Positions 9,176 to 19,425 of a DNA stretch of 64,000 bases are shown piece after piece. The stretch lies in NCBI GenBank assembly GCA_963665845.2, contig OY762492.1, positions 1,280,001 through 1,344,000 of the forward strand, in the 5' to 3' direction. The notes beneath the pieces are model-generated. The model worked only from the letters and a program-made list of their open reading frames with translations. It was not told the origin of the DNA and searched no databases. The DNA comes from Candidatus Poribacteria bacterium (GTDB lineage: Bacteria > Poribacteria > WGA-4E > GCA-2687025). The number at the start of each line of letters is the position of its first letter. The first letter of the stretch is position 1. Position numbers and translations under genes: made by a program.

Positions 9176-11092
9176 ATGAAACATATCATCCTCGGCACCG
9201 CCGGACATGTCGACCATGGCAAAACGGAGCTGATCAAGGCTCTCACCGGCATCGAAACGGACCGCCTTAAAGAAGAAAAAGAGCGCGGACTCTCCATCGA
9301 ACTCGGCTTCGCCCACTTCGACCTGCCGAACGGCATGCGCATCGGCGTCGTCGATGTGCCGGGGCATGAGCGTTTCATCGACGCGATGATGGCGGGCGCG
9401 CATGGCATGGACATGGTACTGCTGGCGGTCTCCGCCAAAGAAGGCGTCCAGCCTCAAACGCGGGAACATCTGGAGGCGCTGAACCTGTTAGAAATACGGC
9501 GCGGCGTCCTTGTGTTGACGATGCGCGATCTGACCGACGAGGAGGAGACCGAATTTGCGCTTGAGGAGGCGCGCGAGACGCTGGAAGGAACCAGCCTCGC
9601 CGGTATGCCCGCCGTTGCCGTCTCGGCGCGCACGGGCGAAGGGATGGACGCATTAAAACGGCTCATCGAAGAAACCGCCATGCAAGCCGCCAAAGAAGAG
9701 CCTGAAGAAGACGGCGTCCCGACGCTGCCGGTCGACCGCGTCTTTACCCTGGACGGCATCGGCGCTGTCGTCACGGGGACGCTGCGCGGCGGCTGTCTTG
9801 AAGAGGGGGAGTCGGTCGTTCTTTGGCCTGAAGAGATCGAAGCGCGCGTCCGCAGCGTCCACACGCATGGCGAAAACGTTCCGCGCGCCAACCCTGGACA
9901 ACGCGCCGCGCTCAACCTTGCCGGCGTACGGCGTTCCCAGCTCGCGCGCGGACAGGTCGTTACGCTGCCGAATCACGGACGGCTCGCGGACCGCATCGAT
10001 GTCGATCTGCGCGTCGCCGGCGGTTATCCGCGCATCGTGGAGCGGTGGACGCGGGCGCGGCTGCATATCGGAACCGCGGAAACGTTCTGCCGTATCGTTC
10101 CGCTCGCCGAGGATGCGGCGCTTCTCCCAGGCGAAGCGGGAAGCGCGCAGCTGCGCATCGAAAAACCGATCTTCGCCCACCGAGGCGACCGATTCCTCAT
10201 ACGCGACGACTCTGTACAGCGAATACTCGGCGGCGGACGCATACTGGATCCGGTCGCGCCAATCTACAAACGAAGCGCCCCCGCAAGCCAGTCGGCTCTC
10301 CAAACGATGCGCGGCGACTCGGACGAGGCGGTCTTGCTGCATCTGCTCACGCGCGGGAAGGACCCGTTTTTTCCTATAGAAAGCCTGTCGGTCTATTTTC
10401 CGATGCGGCGCCGTCAGCGGCAAAACTGGATTGACGCGCTAGAGGAGGACGGGCGGCTGCTTCAAGCCGGCGCGTTTCTGATTGAGGCGGAGAGGTTTCA
10501 GCGGCTTCAACATGAGATTGAAACGGCGCTGCAGGATTTCCATGAGCAGAATCCGCTTGCAGGCGGCATGGGCGTCTCCGAACTTCGCAGCGCGGTTGAA
10601 TCGCCTGTCTCTGAAACGGCGTTTGAATGGGCGCTGAACCGATTTGCCGAAGCGGGCGTCGTTGAACGGGACGGTAACTTGGCTCGCCTCCGCGGACGTC
10701 AGATCGAGTTTGACGAAGCGGCTGACGCCCTGCGCGCCGAATTGGAACGCCGCCTCCAAAATGCGGGACTCGCGGCGCCCTCGGAGGCGGAGCTGCATGA
10801 GCGGTACGGTTTGGAGCTGGTGAACGCGCTGACGCAGCTCGGCGCGCTGGTGAAGATCGCGGACGGTTACTGGATACACCGCTCAACCTACGATGAGACG
10901 CTCCAGAAACTGCGCGCCGCCTTTCAGACGCAGCAGCGCGTGGACATCGCCGCGTTCCGCGAGCTGACCGGCGCCTCGCGCAAATACGCGCTGCCGTTCT
11001 TGGAGCATTGCGATCAGCAGGGATGGACGATGCGCGTCGGCAACGCGCGCAAAGCGTCGCAGCGGTTTCTCAACGCGCAAGAGCCGTCATAG
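9176..11092 (+). CDS. selB: Selenocysteine-specific elongation factor
   Basis: GTAGHVDHGKT, DRLKEEKERGLSIELGF, DVPGHERF, C-terminal winged-helix SRKYALPFLE. Confidence 0.97.
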   Translation: MKHIILGTAGHVDHGKTELIKALTGIETDRLKEEKERGLSIELGFAHFDLPNGMRIGVVDVPGHERFIDAMMAGAHGMDMVLLAVSAKEGVQPQTREHLEALNLLEIRRGVLVLTMRDLTDEEETEFALEEARETLEGTSLAGMPAVAVSARTGEGMDALKRLIEETAMQAAKEEPEEDGVPTLPVDRVFTLDGIGAVVTGTLRGGCLEEGESVVLWPEEIEARVRSVHTHGENVPRANPGQRAALNLAGVRRSQLARGQVVTLPNHGRLADRIDVDLRVAGGYPRIVERWTRARLHIGTAETFCRIVPLAEDAALLPGEAGSAQLRIEKPIFAHRGDRFLIRDDSVQRILGGGRILDPVAPIYKRSAPASQSALQTMRGDSDEAVLLHLLTRGKDPFFPIESLSVYFPMRRRQRQNWIDALEEDGRLLQAGAFLIEAERFQRLQHEIETALQDFHEQNPLAGGMGVSELRSAVESPVSETAFEWALNRFAEAGVVERDGNLARLRGRQIEFDEAADALRAELERRLQNAGLAAPSEAELHERYGLELVNALTQLGALVKIADGYWIHRSTYDETLQKLRAAFQTQQRVDIAAFRELTGASRKYALPFLEHCDQQGWTMRVGNARKASQRFLNAQEPS

Positions 11093-12997
11093 CTGCATCG
11101 GCAAAATGTTGTTCCCGCGCCCCGTGGCAAAGCCGAGCGCCGACAGCAGCCCCGCCGCCGCGTAATCGCCCAGAATCAACCCGAAAAAAAGCGGGCGCCA
11201 GGCATGGTAGGTCTTCGGGCCGCCGAAGCGTATCGCCATCGATTTCACCGCCCAGGCGGCAAAAAGCGACGACCACAGCACATACGGCGCCGAACTCGCC
11301 CCGACAGCGTACCCGATCGGATGGAGCGGAAAGCCGACGAACCGATAGCGCAGGAGAAGCATCGCCGCTGTCGCGCCCGCGCCGAGGGCGACGGAGCCAG
11401 CCTCCATCCCTGAAGGCGGCGCGGGCGAGTCGATCAGATTTGCCGCCCTGTTAAACGGCGTTCGGGTGAACCATCCGCCGCCGGTCGCCAAGTTGAGCGC
11501 GCCTTCCGTATAGCCGAGATACAGTGTCGCGGCATAGGACACTCCCGCCGCCGCCACAACGCCCCCCGCCAGCGCCAGCGCCACATGCCTGCCCTTCAGC
11601 CCCATCTCCGGTCCGATGCGCGCCCCATGCGCGAAATGCGGCATCGGCAGCTGCTCCCATGCGCGCATGAGCGTATGCTCTGGGAGCGCGAGTATCGGCA
11701 GGCTGCCCCGTCCGACCGCCCTTGACCCGAACAGCAGGACGATCCAATCGGACGGGTAAAAGGGGGCTTGGACGACCATCAACCCGCCGTTCGCCACCAT
11801 CCATGTCAAGACGGTTGAGATGAGCAGGAAGATCAGCATGACAGCGAGCGCCGGCCAGACCGAGACGCCCGCCCATATCAGCAGCAGAGCCGCGCCCGCC
11901 GCGCCGCCGACATACCCGCCGACCGCCTGTCGGCGCGACAGCAATTCCCCCTCTCCCTTGTTCGATCCGAAACCGAAGGCGCCCTTGACGGCGCGGTAAA
12001 GATGATCCTTCGCCGACCAGGCAATCAAGCAGCCGACAGCGATGATGGCGCCGATCGATTGACGGCTCGCCGCCGTCCATGGACGTATTGGAATCGAGAA
12101 CGCCGAGATGATCACATACTGCGCCTTAAACGCCCAGAAAAAGAACCAAAGGCTAAACGAAATCTCCAACGGCAGCAGATACCCGATGCCGATGACGGAC
12201 GGATAGATCATCGCGACGGGAGCCGGCCAATGGTTCAAGGTACCCCATGGGCGTCCTGTGATTCCGCGCGTCAAATGGAACCGGGTCGGTATTTCGGGGA
12301 CGGCGGGGTTCATGTCATGCAGCGCGTTCAGCCCATGAAGAAGGAGCGGAATGAGCGCGCCGATCCAGAGCCGCTTGTCGTAGAGGAGGCGCGGAAGCCG
12401 TCTGCCGGCGTTCGGCGTATGCATCAGCTCCATCGGAACGCGCGCCAGCGGGAACGAATACCGTTCGCGTTCCACCCATGGACGGCGCAGCAGAACGCAC
12501 AGGCAGTATAATGACAAGAAACAGAGCAGGACAAACGCGGTCCAAAATCCGAGCGGTTTGAGCCACGCTTCCCATGGGACGGCGGCGCCGTCAGCCGATT
12601 CAAAGAATTTGCGCGCCGCTTCAGCGTCGGAGACGCGCGCCCAGCTGGGGATCGCCTCGTTCAGCAGCGCTTCCCAGTCGTTCTCCGGCGTTTTGAAATA
12701 GGCGGTTGATGCGAGCAGCGGGATCAGAAACGCCGTCAGCCCGCGCAGGGGCAGGACGCTTGCGATGGCGGACATGATCCAGATGAACGCGAGTTCGCTG
12801 GAGCGCAGGCGCGCCTTGGGCGTCCATCTTGCGGCGGCGGGGTTCCATATCAGAACGAGAAACGCCAGCAGCAGAAGCGGAGCGAGCGGAAGGTTCCCCC
12901 CAAACGACGAATTGCGCAGAACGTAGTTGTTATACGGGGCTAACGCGCTCTGAACGGCGACCCACGCAAGCCCGATCAGAAAAGCGCGCGGCGTCAT
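11087..12997 (-). CDS. Polytopic membrane protein, DUF6785/DUF6784-like
   Basis: Many TM helices; W..ER..FPL..VP, PSVIGIGYLLP, FPLHPIGY, RPLFFGLILGD motifs. Confidence 0.7.
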   Translation of the reverse strand: MTPRAFLIGLAWVAVQSALAPYNNYVLRNSSFGGNLPLAPLLLLAFLVLIWNPAAARWTPKARLRSSELAFIWIMSAIASVLPLRGLTAFLIPLLASTAYFKTPENDWEALLNEAIPSWARVSDAEAARKFFESADGAAVPWEAWLKPLGFWTAFVLLCFLSLYCLCVLLRRPWVERERYSFPLARVPMELMHTPNAGRRLPRLLYDKRLWIGALIPLLLHGLNALHDMNPAVPEIPTRFHLTRGITGRPWGTLNHWPAPVAMIYPSVIGIGYLLPLEISFSLWFFFWAFKAQYVIISAFSIPIRPWTAASRQSIGAIIAVGCLIAWSAKDHLYRAVKGAFGFGSNKGEGELLSRRQAVGGYVGGAAGAALLLIWAGVSVWPALAVMLIFLLISTVLTWMVANGGLMVVQAPFYPSDWIVLLFGSRAVGRGSLPILALPEHTLMRAWEQLPMPHFAHGARIGPEMGLKGRHVALALAGGVVAAAGVSYAATLYLGYTEGALNLATGGGWFTRTPFNRAANLIDSPAPPSGMEAGSVALGAGATAAMLLLRYRFVGFPLHPIGYAVGASSAPYVLWSSLFAAWAVKSMAIRFGGPKTYHAWRPLFFGLILGDYAAAGLLSALGFATGRGNNILPMQL

Positions 12998-13085
12998 ATC
13001 AGATGAAGCGCGGCAGTTTTGCGCCGCTCGCGCCGCATGAGCGATGCAGTTTCCAACGCCCCGTGCCGTTCAACATGTCCATGCC

Positions 13086-16000
13086 CTAACGCAGAATCAC
13101 CAGTTTTCCGAGGCGCTCTTGCGCCTCTTTCTGATCAAAATGCCAAGATTCCATCCGGAACTTATAAAAGTAGACGCCGTTCGAGAGCGTCTCGCCGTCG
13201 TCGGATCGCCCGTCCCATCGGTACTCATTTTTGCCGCGCTCTGCCGGGGCGTCGTCAATCGTTTTCACCAGCCGACCCGCCGAGGTGTACACGCGCACCG
13301 TGACCGATTCCGCGGGCTGCGTCAGCGCGTAGGTGAAGAAGGTGCCGCGCGTGACAGGATCGATCGGGCTGAACGGATTCGGCGCGTTCAACACCTGCCC
13401 AATGAGGCGCGTCGGCTCTTCAACGGAAAATCGGAACGGCGCTTCGGGACTGCCGCTCAAATATCCTTCGTTCTCGGTCACATCCTGAAACGACGCATGG
13501 ATCTCATACTCGCCGTTCGGCAGGTCGGCGCTCCATGAGATGCGCGCCGTCTTCGGGTCGGGCCGCTGAAATTCATACGCGAGCGGCTCTGGGGTTTCCC
13601 CCTCTTCGCCTTTTCGCGCGACGGTCAATTGAAGGGTGCGCATGCTTAAAATGTGATTGTCGTCGATCTGCAGCGTCAAGGTCTCCGGCGTTTTCGTGAA
13701 GATATGATTCGGACTGACGGCGCCCTGTTCGCTGTGGAGAGCGATCGTCGGCGGGTCAAAATCGGGCGGGCGCTCCACCTTGAAGTTGAACTCGGCGCCC
13801 GGCTCCTCCATCCCTGTCAGGTCGACGGCGCGCAGCTGAAACGCATGCTCCCCGACATACAGCGCCGGCTTCATCCGCAGCGACATTTGAACAATCTGGC
13901 TTCGGTCAAGCGAATACTGGTCAGGAGAAACGGTTTCAAAATCAGCGGCGCCGGGAGCTTTATGCCGCAGCTGAATCGCATGCGGGTCGATGCCGTTCGG
14001 GTCCGTTATCAGAAAGGCAACCTCCGGCTGCGGCTCAATGACGGAGCCGTCCGCCGGCGTTTCGTTGTCGACAAAGATTTGAACGGCGGGCGGATTCAGG
14101 TCTTTGTCCCGCATGAGCGTGAAAATGCCGGCGGTATCCGTTTCGGCGCGTATCGTCATTACGCGCCCGATGCGCGCCCGCGCCAGATCGCCGAACGCAA
14201 ACGGGCGGTTGCCCTCAAGCGCCTGAAACTTCAGGCCGATGCTCCCTACATTGATCTCCACTCCGTTGACGGAGCCTTGGATCGCGCGTCCGGACGAATT
14301 GAGGATCTGATCGCCGTTTCCGTCCCGTATCTCATACAGGCTATCGCTTTTGAAGAAGACGAACCAGTCCCCGTACAGCGCGTTGTTGACCGTCACATTG
14401 GCGCGCAGCTGCAGCGTGACGGAGCCGTCGCCGGCGTTGGAATAGCGCATATTCTTCGCCTGAACGATTCCGTTTTCGCTGACCGTTTCAAAGGTCAGAA
14501 CATCTCCCGGCTGCGCCGGCTTGGAGACGGCGCTGGACGGACCCTCCGGGTCGATGTTCCTGACAAGCATCCGCCGCAGGTACACCGTCTCGTCCTGATA
14601 AGGCGCGTCCAACCGCCCTGGAACGGGGAGTTCGATATAGGCATGGTCGCCCCCTTCGTTAAACAACACGCGGTATTTCTGATGCGAAACGAACATGACC
14701 GCCCATTTCCCGATAGGTCCGATCGTGCTGTCCACCTCAATATCTCCATGGAAGCGCAGGTTGGAGCTCTCTAGGTTGTTATAGAGGGGAGGCGTGATAT
14801 GTACGCTTTCAATCGGCTCTCCGTCCTCTCCCCGGTCCAGCGTGGACGGAAAGCGCCGCCATGCCGCCAGCTCCTCATCCCACTGGTAGACGCTGACAAG
14901 GCTCAACGCCTCCTTGACCGCCTCTTTATGGCTCTCGATCTCTGGGCTAGTCCACTGAAACGGGTTGAACGGCAGGTCAAGGTCGCGCGCGACATCGTCC
15001 TTGAGCGCCTGATAGTTGAAACCGATGCGCAGCGTTGCCGGCGCCTTGAACGCGGTGTCGCCGGAGGTCAATTTGACTTCGAAGGCGGTCTTGTCGTTGT
15101 TTCGGATGCGCTGATATTGAACGCGCCCATACGGAGCGTCCTCCCCGTCCGATAAATCGCCCTCCATCGGCGGAAGCAGCGAGATCGACAAGGTTGTTGG
15201 AGACGGCGCCGCCTCTTTTGGAACGTCGATATGGAACGTTCGGTCAAGGCTGTATGCGGTCGCGTCGTCCTCTCCGATGTAAAAGTCGCTCACTTCAAAC
15301 GGCTTGAAGGTGACGTTGTCTGTCTCTCTCAACTCATAGATTTTTCCTAAGGCGGTGTCCGCCGGGTCGTCGGGTCTTTCAGGGTCAACCCAGACGGTGA
15401 TGTCATGAGAGCCGGGGCTGAGCGGCTTTTCCAGAGGCAGAACGACCGGCGCCTGTTCCCACTCGTCCAAGGCGGGATCGCCCGGCAGCCACTGGTCGGG
15501 GTGAACGACCGCTTGGGCGAGGATCTCCGGCGGCGGATCGGCGTCTAAAACGCCGTTGCCGTCGGCGTCCGCCGAGCCTCTGATGATCAGCACCTCAAAC
15601 GGAATTTCAGGGCGGTGGTCGCCCAGGTTCACCACCGTCGTTCTGAAGACCCATCTTTGCGTCTCTTCGTCAAATCCGTAAGACAGCTCCGGTATGTCCG
15701 TTGATCCGATCTGCCGCACCGCCAGATTCGGTCCTTCAGGCATACGGAACCGCTGCGTTTCCGAGACGACTTCAGGGCGTCCGCCGGCGTCTTCAAACCG
15801 GACATAATACAGAATGCTTCTGCCGAAACGCGGCAGCGGTATGCCTTCAACCGATTCAAACAAGCCGCCTTCTTTTCGCGGCATGGGGGTTTCTTTCCAT
15901 ACGTGGTCGTCCGTATTTTTCCAGTGCGCGGTAACTTTGGCGACGCCGTCCGGTCCTTCGGGGTGTACCGCTTCGGCGGAGATGTAAAGCATATCCTCTA

Positions 16001-19000
16001 TCCTCTCCGCGCTCACCGACAAGATGCGCGCCTGCCCTATCGAAAACCAGGCGCCGCCGACGGCGGTCTGTTTTCCGTCATGCGACTCCGCAAACACGCG
16101 CGCCGACGCCTCCCCCCATGTGGACAGATCGGCGGGAATCGTCAGCTGCGGGCTGTCCAGAAATTCCCCCCCGATCACCGGAACGGTATGCTCAACAACG
16201 GGGCTGTCGTTGTGCGGATACGGGTCAAGGTTGTTCGGAAAATCGAGCGCGATCCGCATCTGACCGTCAAAATCGGCAACCTTCATCGGCGGATCGACCG
16301 CCATGTTCAGTACCGAACCTTGAAGAACGCGCAGCTGCTGGCGCGGATCAACCGCTTCGGGTTTCACCTTCACCTCAACGTTAAAGTCGGGGCGCCGCAG
16401 CGGCGCCGCCGGGTCTCCAAACAGCGTGTACTGCATGAGTCCAGGGATGCAGTACGTGCTGCGCTCGTTTTCCGCAAACAGAACAGCTTCTATCTTTGCC
16501 GTTGTCAGCAGCTCGCCGATTCGGTTGGAGGGATGATGAAACAGTATCGGGAAGAAGATGTTGTCGAAGTCGATGTTGCAGTTGGCGTAGGTTTTGCGCG
16601 TCGCGCCAATCACCGCCGACGCCCCGGCTCCGCTTCGCAAAAGAAACTCTTCGCCCATAGAGCGCTGCCCGATCTGCTCGGGCGAGTCGAAGGCGCTGAT
16701 GAGGCATGTTGTGGCGATGACGAGCGGCTGCCGAGCGCCGTTGCGCATACGCAGGATGTCTTCGGTGCGCAGGATGTCCTCGTCCGCCCAGACGCTGCGC
16801 CCGCCATGCCCCGCGTACTCCAGAAGCAAAGCCCCCTCGGAGACCGCCTTGACGATGCGGTCGTTAGCCTCGCGGCTGGACGGCAGGGTCTCCTCTTCGG
16901 GCGGGTCCCATTTTCCGTTTGAGGGCGCCTTGTCCCGCAGGTAGATCTTGTTGACATCATACCCCGGCGGCGTCCGTTCGCGTATCAATTCTTCTCGGCT
17001 GGTTCGGAACACATGGTCGCCGTTGTGGGTGGTGCGGTTGTCGGAAATATGAATCACTCTGGAGCGCCATTCGGGGTTGGGTCCGCTCTCCGTTTCGTAG
17101 GCGATGATCTTCTGAATGACCGAGCGCAGCTCGCTGACGGTGTGGATCGGCAGACGCCCGATGTGAAGGTCGGGAATCTTGTCTTTCCCTTCGATGGTGG
17201 CGAAGCGGTGGTCCATCGGGGTCTCGCCGCCGCCTTCAAGCCCTCCGTCCGACCAGCCATGGATCGTCGGAATGAAGTTGGGGTACCCGTCGACGATTTC
17301 AGGGTTGGCTTGGCGCATAAAATAGTCGGAGTTGTCCCCTTTATAGTTGTAATGCCCGTCCCCGACAAGCAGCGCATATTCCGGCGGAATCTCCCAGCTT
17401 TGATACGCGGTGCGCAAAAAGGTTTTGATAGCGAAGGGGCTGAAACGCCCGTGGTTAAAGTCGTTGTAGATGTCTTCTATATTGGCGACAACGACATGGA
17501 AGCCTTGGTTCTCCCGATGCTCCTTCAGCTCGTCCAGCGCGTTCATGAAGACGGGATGCGCAATGATGAGATAGTTTCCCTTGATGGACGGGCTGCGGAG
17601 ACCGCTGCGCGGAGCCGGCAAAATCGCAAACGGCGTTTTCACATCCTCCGGACGAACGACGGCAAACTGCGCCGGCTTCGTCAGGTCGTCTTCAAAAGAG
17701 ACCGTGTAGGTTCTCGGATCGGCATTGTCGATCTGCGCATCCAGTTGGGCGAATCTCGTCTCTAAACTTCCGTCGCCGCCGATTCGATAGACCAGCGGAA
17801 ACGGCGTCGGGCATGCCTCCACCCTGAAAAGAACCGGCCCCGGGTCCGGTTCGGGATAAAGACGCTCCGATATATACGCGCCCTTCGGCTCCACGCGCGA
17901 ATACTCCATCCGCCGCCAGTAATCGATCTCATACCAGTCCAGCAGGATGTCGTAGTTGTTCGCTCGAGCCTCGGTGCCGTTGTCGTCGTTGGAGGTGAAG
18001 GTGAAACCTGTCTTTTCCGCCACAAAACGCTGCGGAAAATAGAACTCGCCGTATCGGGACTTCTGCCCGTTCCAGTTGAGCCGTCCGATGCGGTTCTGCC
18101 CGATATAGATGGAGAACTCATGCGGGTCGTTTGAGTTTTGTCCGCCATGCAGCAGGATGCGGAAGACGGCTTGCGCCGAGATGTTGTTCGCTTCGTCTGT
18201 GAAGTCGTACACCACAGGCGTTTTGCGCGTGACGCCGGTAAAGCCGGTCCAGAAATAATGGTCTATCTGGTCGTTGTCCTGCTTTTCGAGATTGTCATGA
18301 AATACATTGTCTTCAAAAAAACGGGGCGCGCGGAACGCCCTCGGCTGCGGCGCGTCAAGCGTCTTCGGCTTGCCGTTTTTTAAAAAGGTGCGGCTGCCCT
18401 GCTTTCCGCCCCATTCAAGAAAGTACGCGTTCGTCAAATTGTACCGGTTATGCGGTATACGCTCGGCGAAGAAATAGATGCGATCCGCGTCATCGAAGCG
18501 TCCATTTTCGTTTTTGTCCGTTATATCAATGGAGACCTCATTGCCAAGGCGCGTCAGTCTAAAGGTGTGCGGATCGATGCTGTCAGGGTCAACCCCCGCA
18601 GAACGCAGCGCGTTTGGCGAAATGCGGTGCAGCGCTGTCTGCACAACCAGTATTTTGACGCGCCTTAAGCTGTCATCCTCTTGCGTTGAGGCGGGAGCTG
18701 TCCGCGGACGCGCGCGCCCGACGCGCAGCCGTTCCGCCTGCCGGTTGTTGAGCAGCAGCCGATCCATGGATGTCTGCATCGTTTCAGACCGCGGCATTTT
18801 CTCCCGAACCCGACCGGGAACTGTCGAGACGGAAGCCCCGAACTCAATGCGGACGCTGCATCGCTCCGTGACAACAAGGTCGGCGCCGTCCACAGCGGCG
18901 GGGCGTATCTGCAGGGCGCCGAGGTACTGGTCGCGGAAATAGCCGGCGGCGCGGACGGAGACTAACGCGGGGCTGTACGTTTCAGGGAGATTCTGCGCCT

Positions 19001-19277
19001 TCGGAAATTGGGTGAGCGGAATGCGCCGCGTCGTCTTGGAGAGAACGACCGCTGTCGGCTTGGAATCAGCGGGGAGGGCGAGCGCCGCCGCGGCGTAAGG
19101 TTTGCCGGGGACGGCGCCGTCAAAGGTGAACGAGCTGCCGCTTTCGCGCAGGTTGTTCAACGTGAATTCAACGTTCAGGCCATGGTCGTCGGCGCCGACG
19201 ACTCGAATGTCGGCATCGGCGAATGCGCCGCTTCCAAAGAGGAGAGCCGCAGCCGCCCAAGAAAAAAGAGAGCGCAT
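13086..19277 (-). CDS. Large secreted C25 (gingipain/PorU-like) cysteine peptidase with C-terminal FlgD-Ig-like domain
   Basis: Signal peptide, YLIIAHP, YALLVGD, DLHIGRLP, catalytic GHG and ATTC, YTLFGDPA. C-terminal NAPNPF...VYTSAGRLV...WDGRSDDGETLSNGVYFY. Confidence 0.85.
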   Translation of the reverse strand: MRSLFSWAAAALLFGSGAFADADIRVVGADDHGLNVEFTLNNLRESGSSFTFDGAVPGKPYAAAALALPADSKPTAVVLSKTTRRIPLTQFPKAQNLPETYSPALVSVRAAGYFRDQYLGALQIRPAAVDGADLVVTERCSVRIEFGASVSTVPGRVREKMPRSETMQTSMDRLLLNNRQAERLRVGRARPRTAPASTQEDDSLRRVKILVVQTALHRISPNALRSAGVDPDSIDPHTFRLTRLGNEVSIDITDKNENGRFDDADRIYFFAERIPHNRYNLTNAYFLEWGGKQGSRTFLKNGKPKTLDAPQPRAFRAPRFFEDNVFHDNLEKQDNDQIDHYFWTGFTGVTRKTPVVYDFTDEANNISAQAVFRILLHGGQNSNDPHEFSIYIGQNRIGRLNWNGQKSRYGEFYFPQRFVAEKTGFTFTSNDDNGTEARANNYDILLDWYEIDYWRRMEYSRVEPKGAYISERLYPEPDPGPVLFRVEACPTPFPLVYRIGGDGSLETRFAQLDAQIDNADPRTYTVSFEDDLTKPAQFAVVRPEDVKTPFAILPAPRSGLRSPSIKGNYLIIAHPVFMNALDELKEHRENQGFHVVVANIEDIYNDFNHGRFSPFAIKTFLRTAYQSWEIPPEYALLVGDGHYNYKGDNSDYFMRQANPEIVDGYPNFIPTIHGWSDGGLEGGGETPMDHRFATIEGKDKIPDLHIGRLPIHTVSELRSVIQKIIAYETESGPNPEWRSRVIHISDNRTTHNGDHVFRTSREELIRERTPPGYDVNKIYLRDKAPSNGKWDPPEEETLPSSREANDRIVKAVSEGALLLEYAGHGGRSVWADEDILRTEDILRMRNGARQPLVIATTCLISAFDSPEQIGQRSMGEEFLLRSGAGASAVIGATRKTYANCNIDFDNIFFPILFHHPSNRIGELLTTAKIEAVLFAENERSTYCIPGLMQYTLFGDPAAPLRRPDFNVEVKVKPEAVDPRQQLRVLQGSVLNMAVDPPMKVADFDGQMRIALDFPNNLDPYPHNDSPVVEHTVPVIGGEFLDSPQLTIPADLSTWGEASARVFAESHDGKQTAVGGAWFSIGQARILSVSAERIEDMLYISAEAVHPEGPDGVAKVTAHWKNTDDHVWKETPMPRKEGGLFESVEGIPLPRFGRSILYYVRFEDAGGRPEVVSETQRFRMPEGPNLAVRQIGSTDIPELSYGFDEETQRWVFRTTVVNLGDHRPEIPFEVLIIRGSADADGNGVLDADPPPEILAQAVVHPDQWLPGDPALDEWEQAPVVLPLEKPLSPGSHDITVWVDPERPDDPADTALGKIYELRETDNVTFKPFEVSDFYIGEDDATAYSLDRTFHIDVPKEAAPSPTTLSISLLPPMEGDLSDGEDAPYGRVQYQRIRNNDKTAFEVKLTSGDTAFKAPATLRIGFNYQALKDDVARDLDLPFNPFQWTSPEIESHKEAVKEALSLVSVYQWDEELAAWRRFPSTLDRGEDGEPIESVHITPPLYNNLESSNLRFHGDIEVDSTIGPIGKWAVMFVSHQKYRVLFNEGGDHAYIELPVPGRLDAPYQDETVYLRRMLVRNIDPEGPSSAVSKPAQPGDVLTFETVSENGIVQAKNMRYSNAGDGSVTLQLRANVTVNNALYGDWFVFFKSDSLYEIRDGNGDQILNSSGRAIQGSVNGVEINVGSIGLKFQALEGNRPFAFGDLARARIGRVMTIRAETDTAGIFTLMRDKDLNPPAVQIFVDNETPADGSVIEPQPEVAFLITDPNGIDPHAIQLRHKAPGAADFETVSPDQYSLDRSQIVQMSLRMKPALYVGEHAFQLRAVDLTGMEEPGAEFNFKVERPPDFDPPTIALHSEQGAVSPNHIFTKTPETLTLQIDDNHILSMRTLQLTVARKGEEGETPEPLAYEFQRPDPKTARISWSADLPNGEYEIHASFQDVTENEGYLSGSPEAPFRFSVEEPTRLIGQVLNAPNPFSPIDPVTRGTFFTYALTQPAESVTVRVYTSAGRLVKTIDDAPAERGKNEYRWDGRSDDGETLSNGVYFYKFRMESWHFDQKEAQERLGKLVILR

Positions 19278-19354
19278 AAAGCGTCCTTTGCTTGCGTAAG
19301 GTTGACGCTATGATGATACTTGATTTTGATCGCTCAATCAAGTTCCCGCTTCCG

Positions 19355-19383
19355 TTGATGTCCTCCAGCGCGCGCGTTATACT
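19355..19383 (+). promoter_or_regulatory. Putative sigma70 promoter of the MTase-HNH gene
   Basis: TTGATG-N17-TATACT. Confidence 0.55.
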
Positions 19384-19425
19384 AACCGCGTCCAGCGCCC
19401 CTATGACGAGCGAAAGCATTCAACC

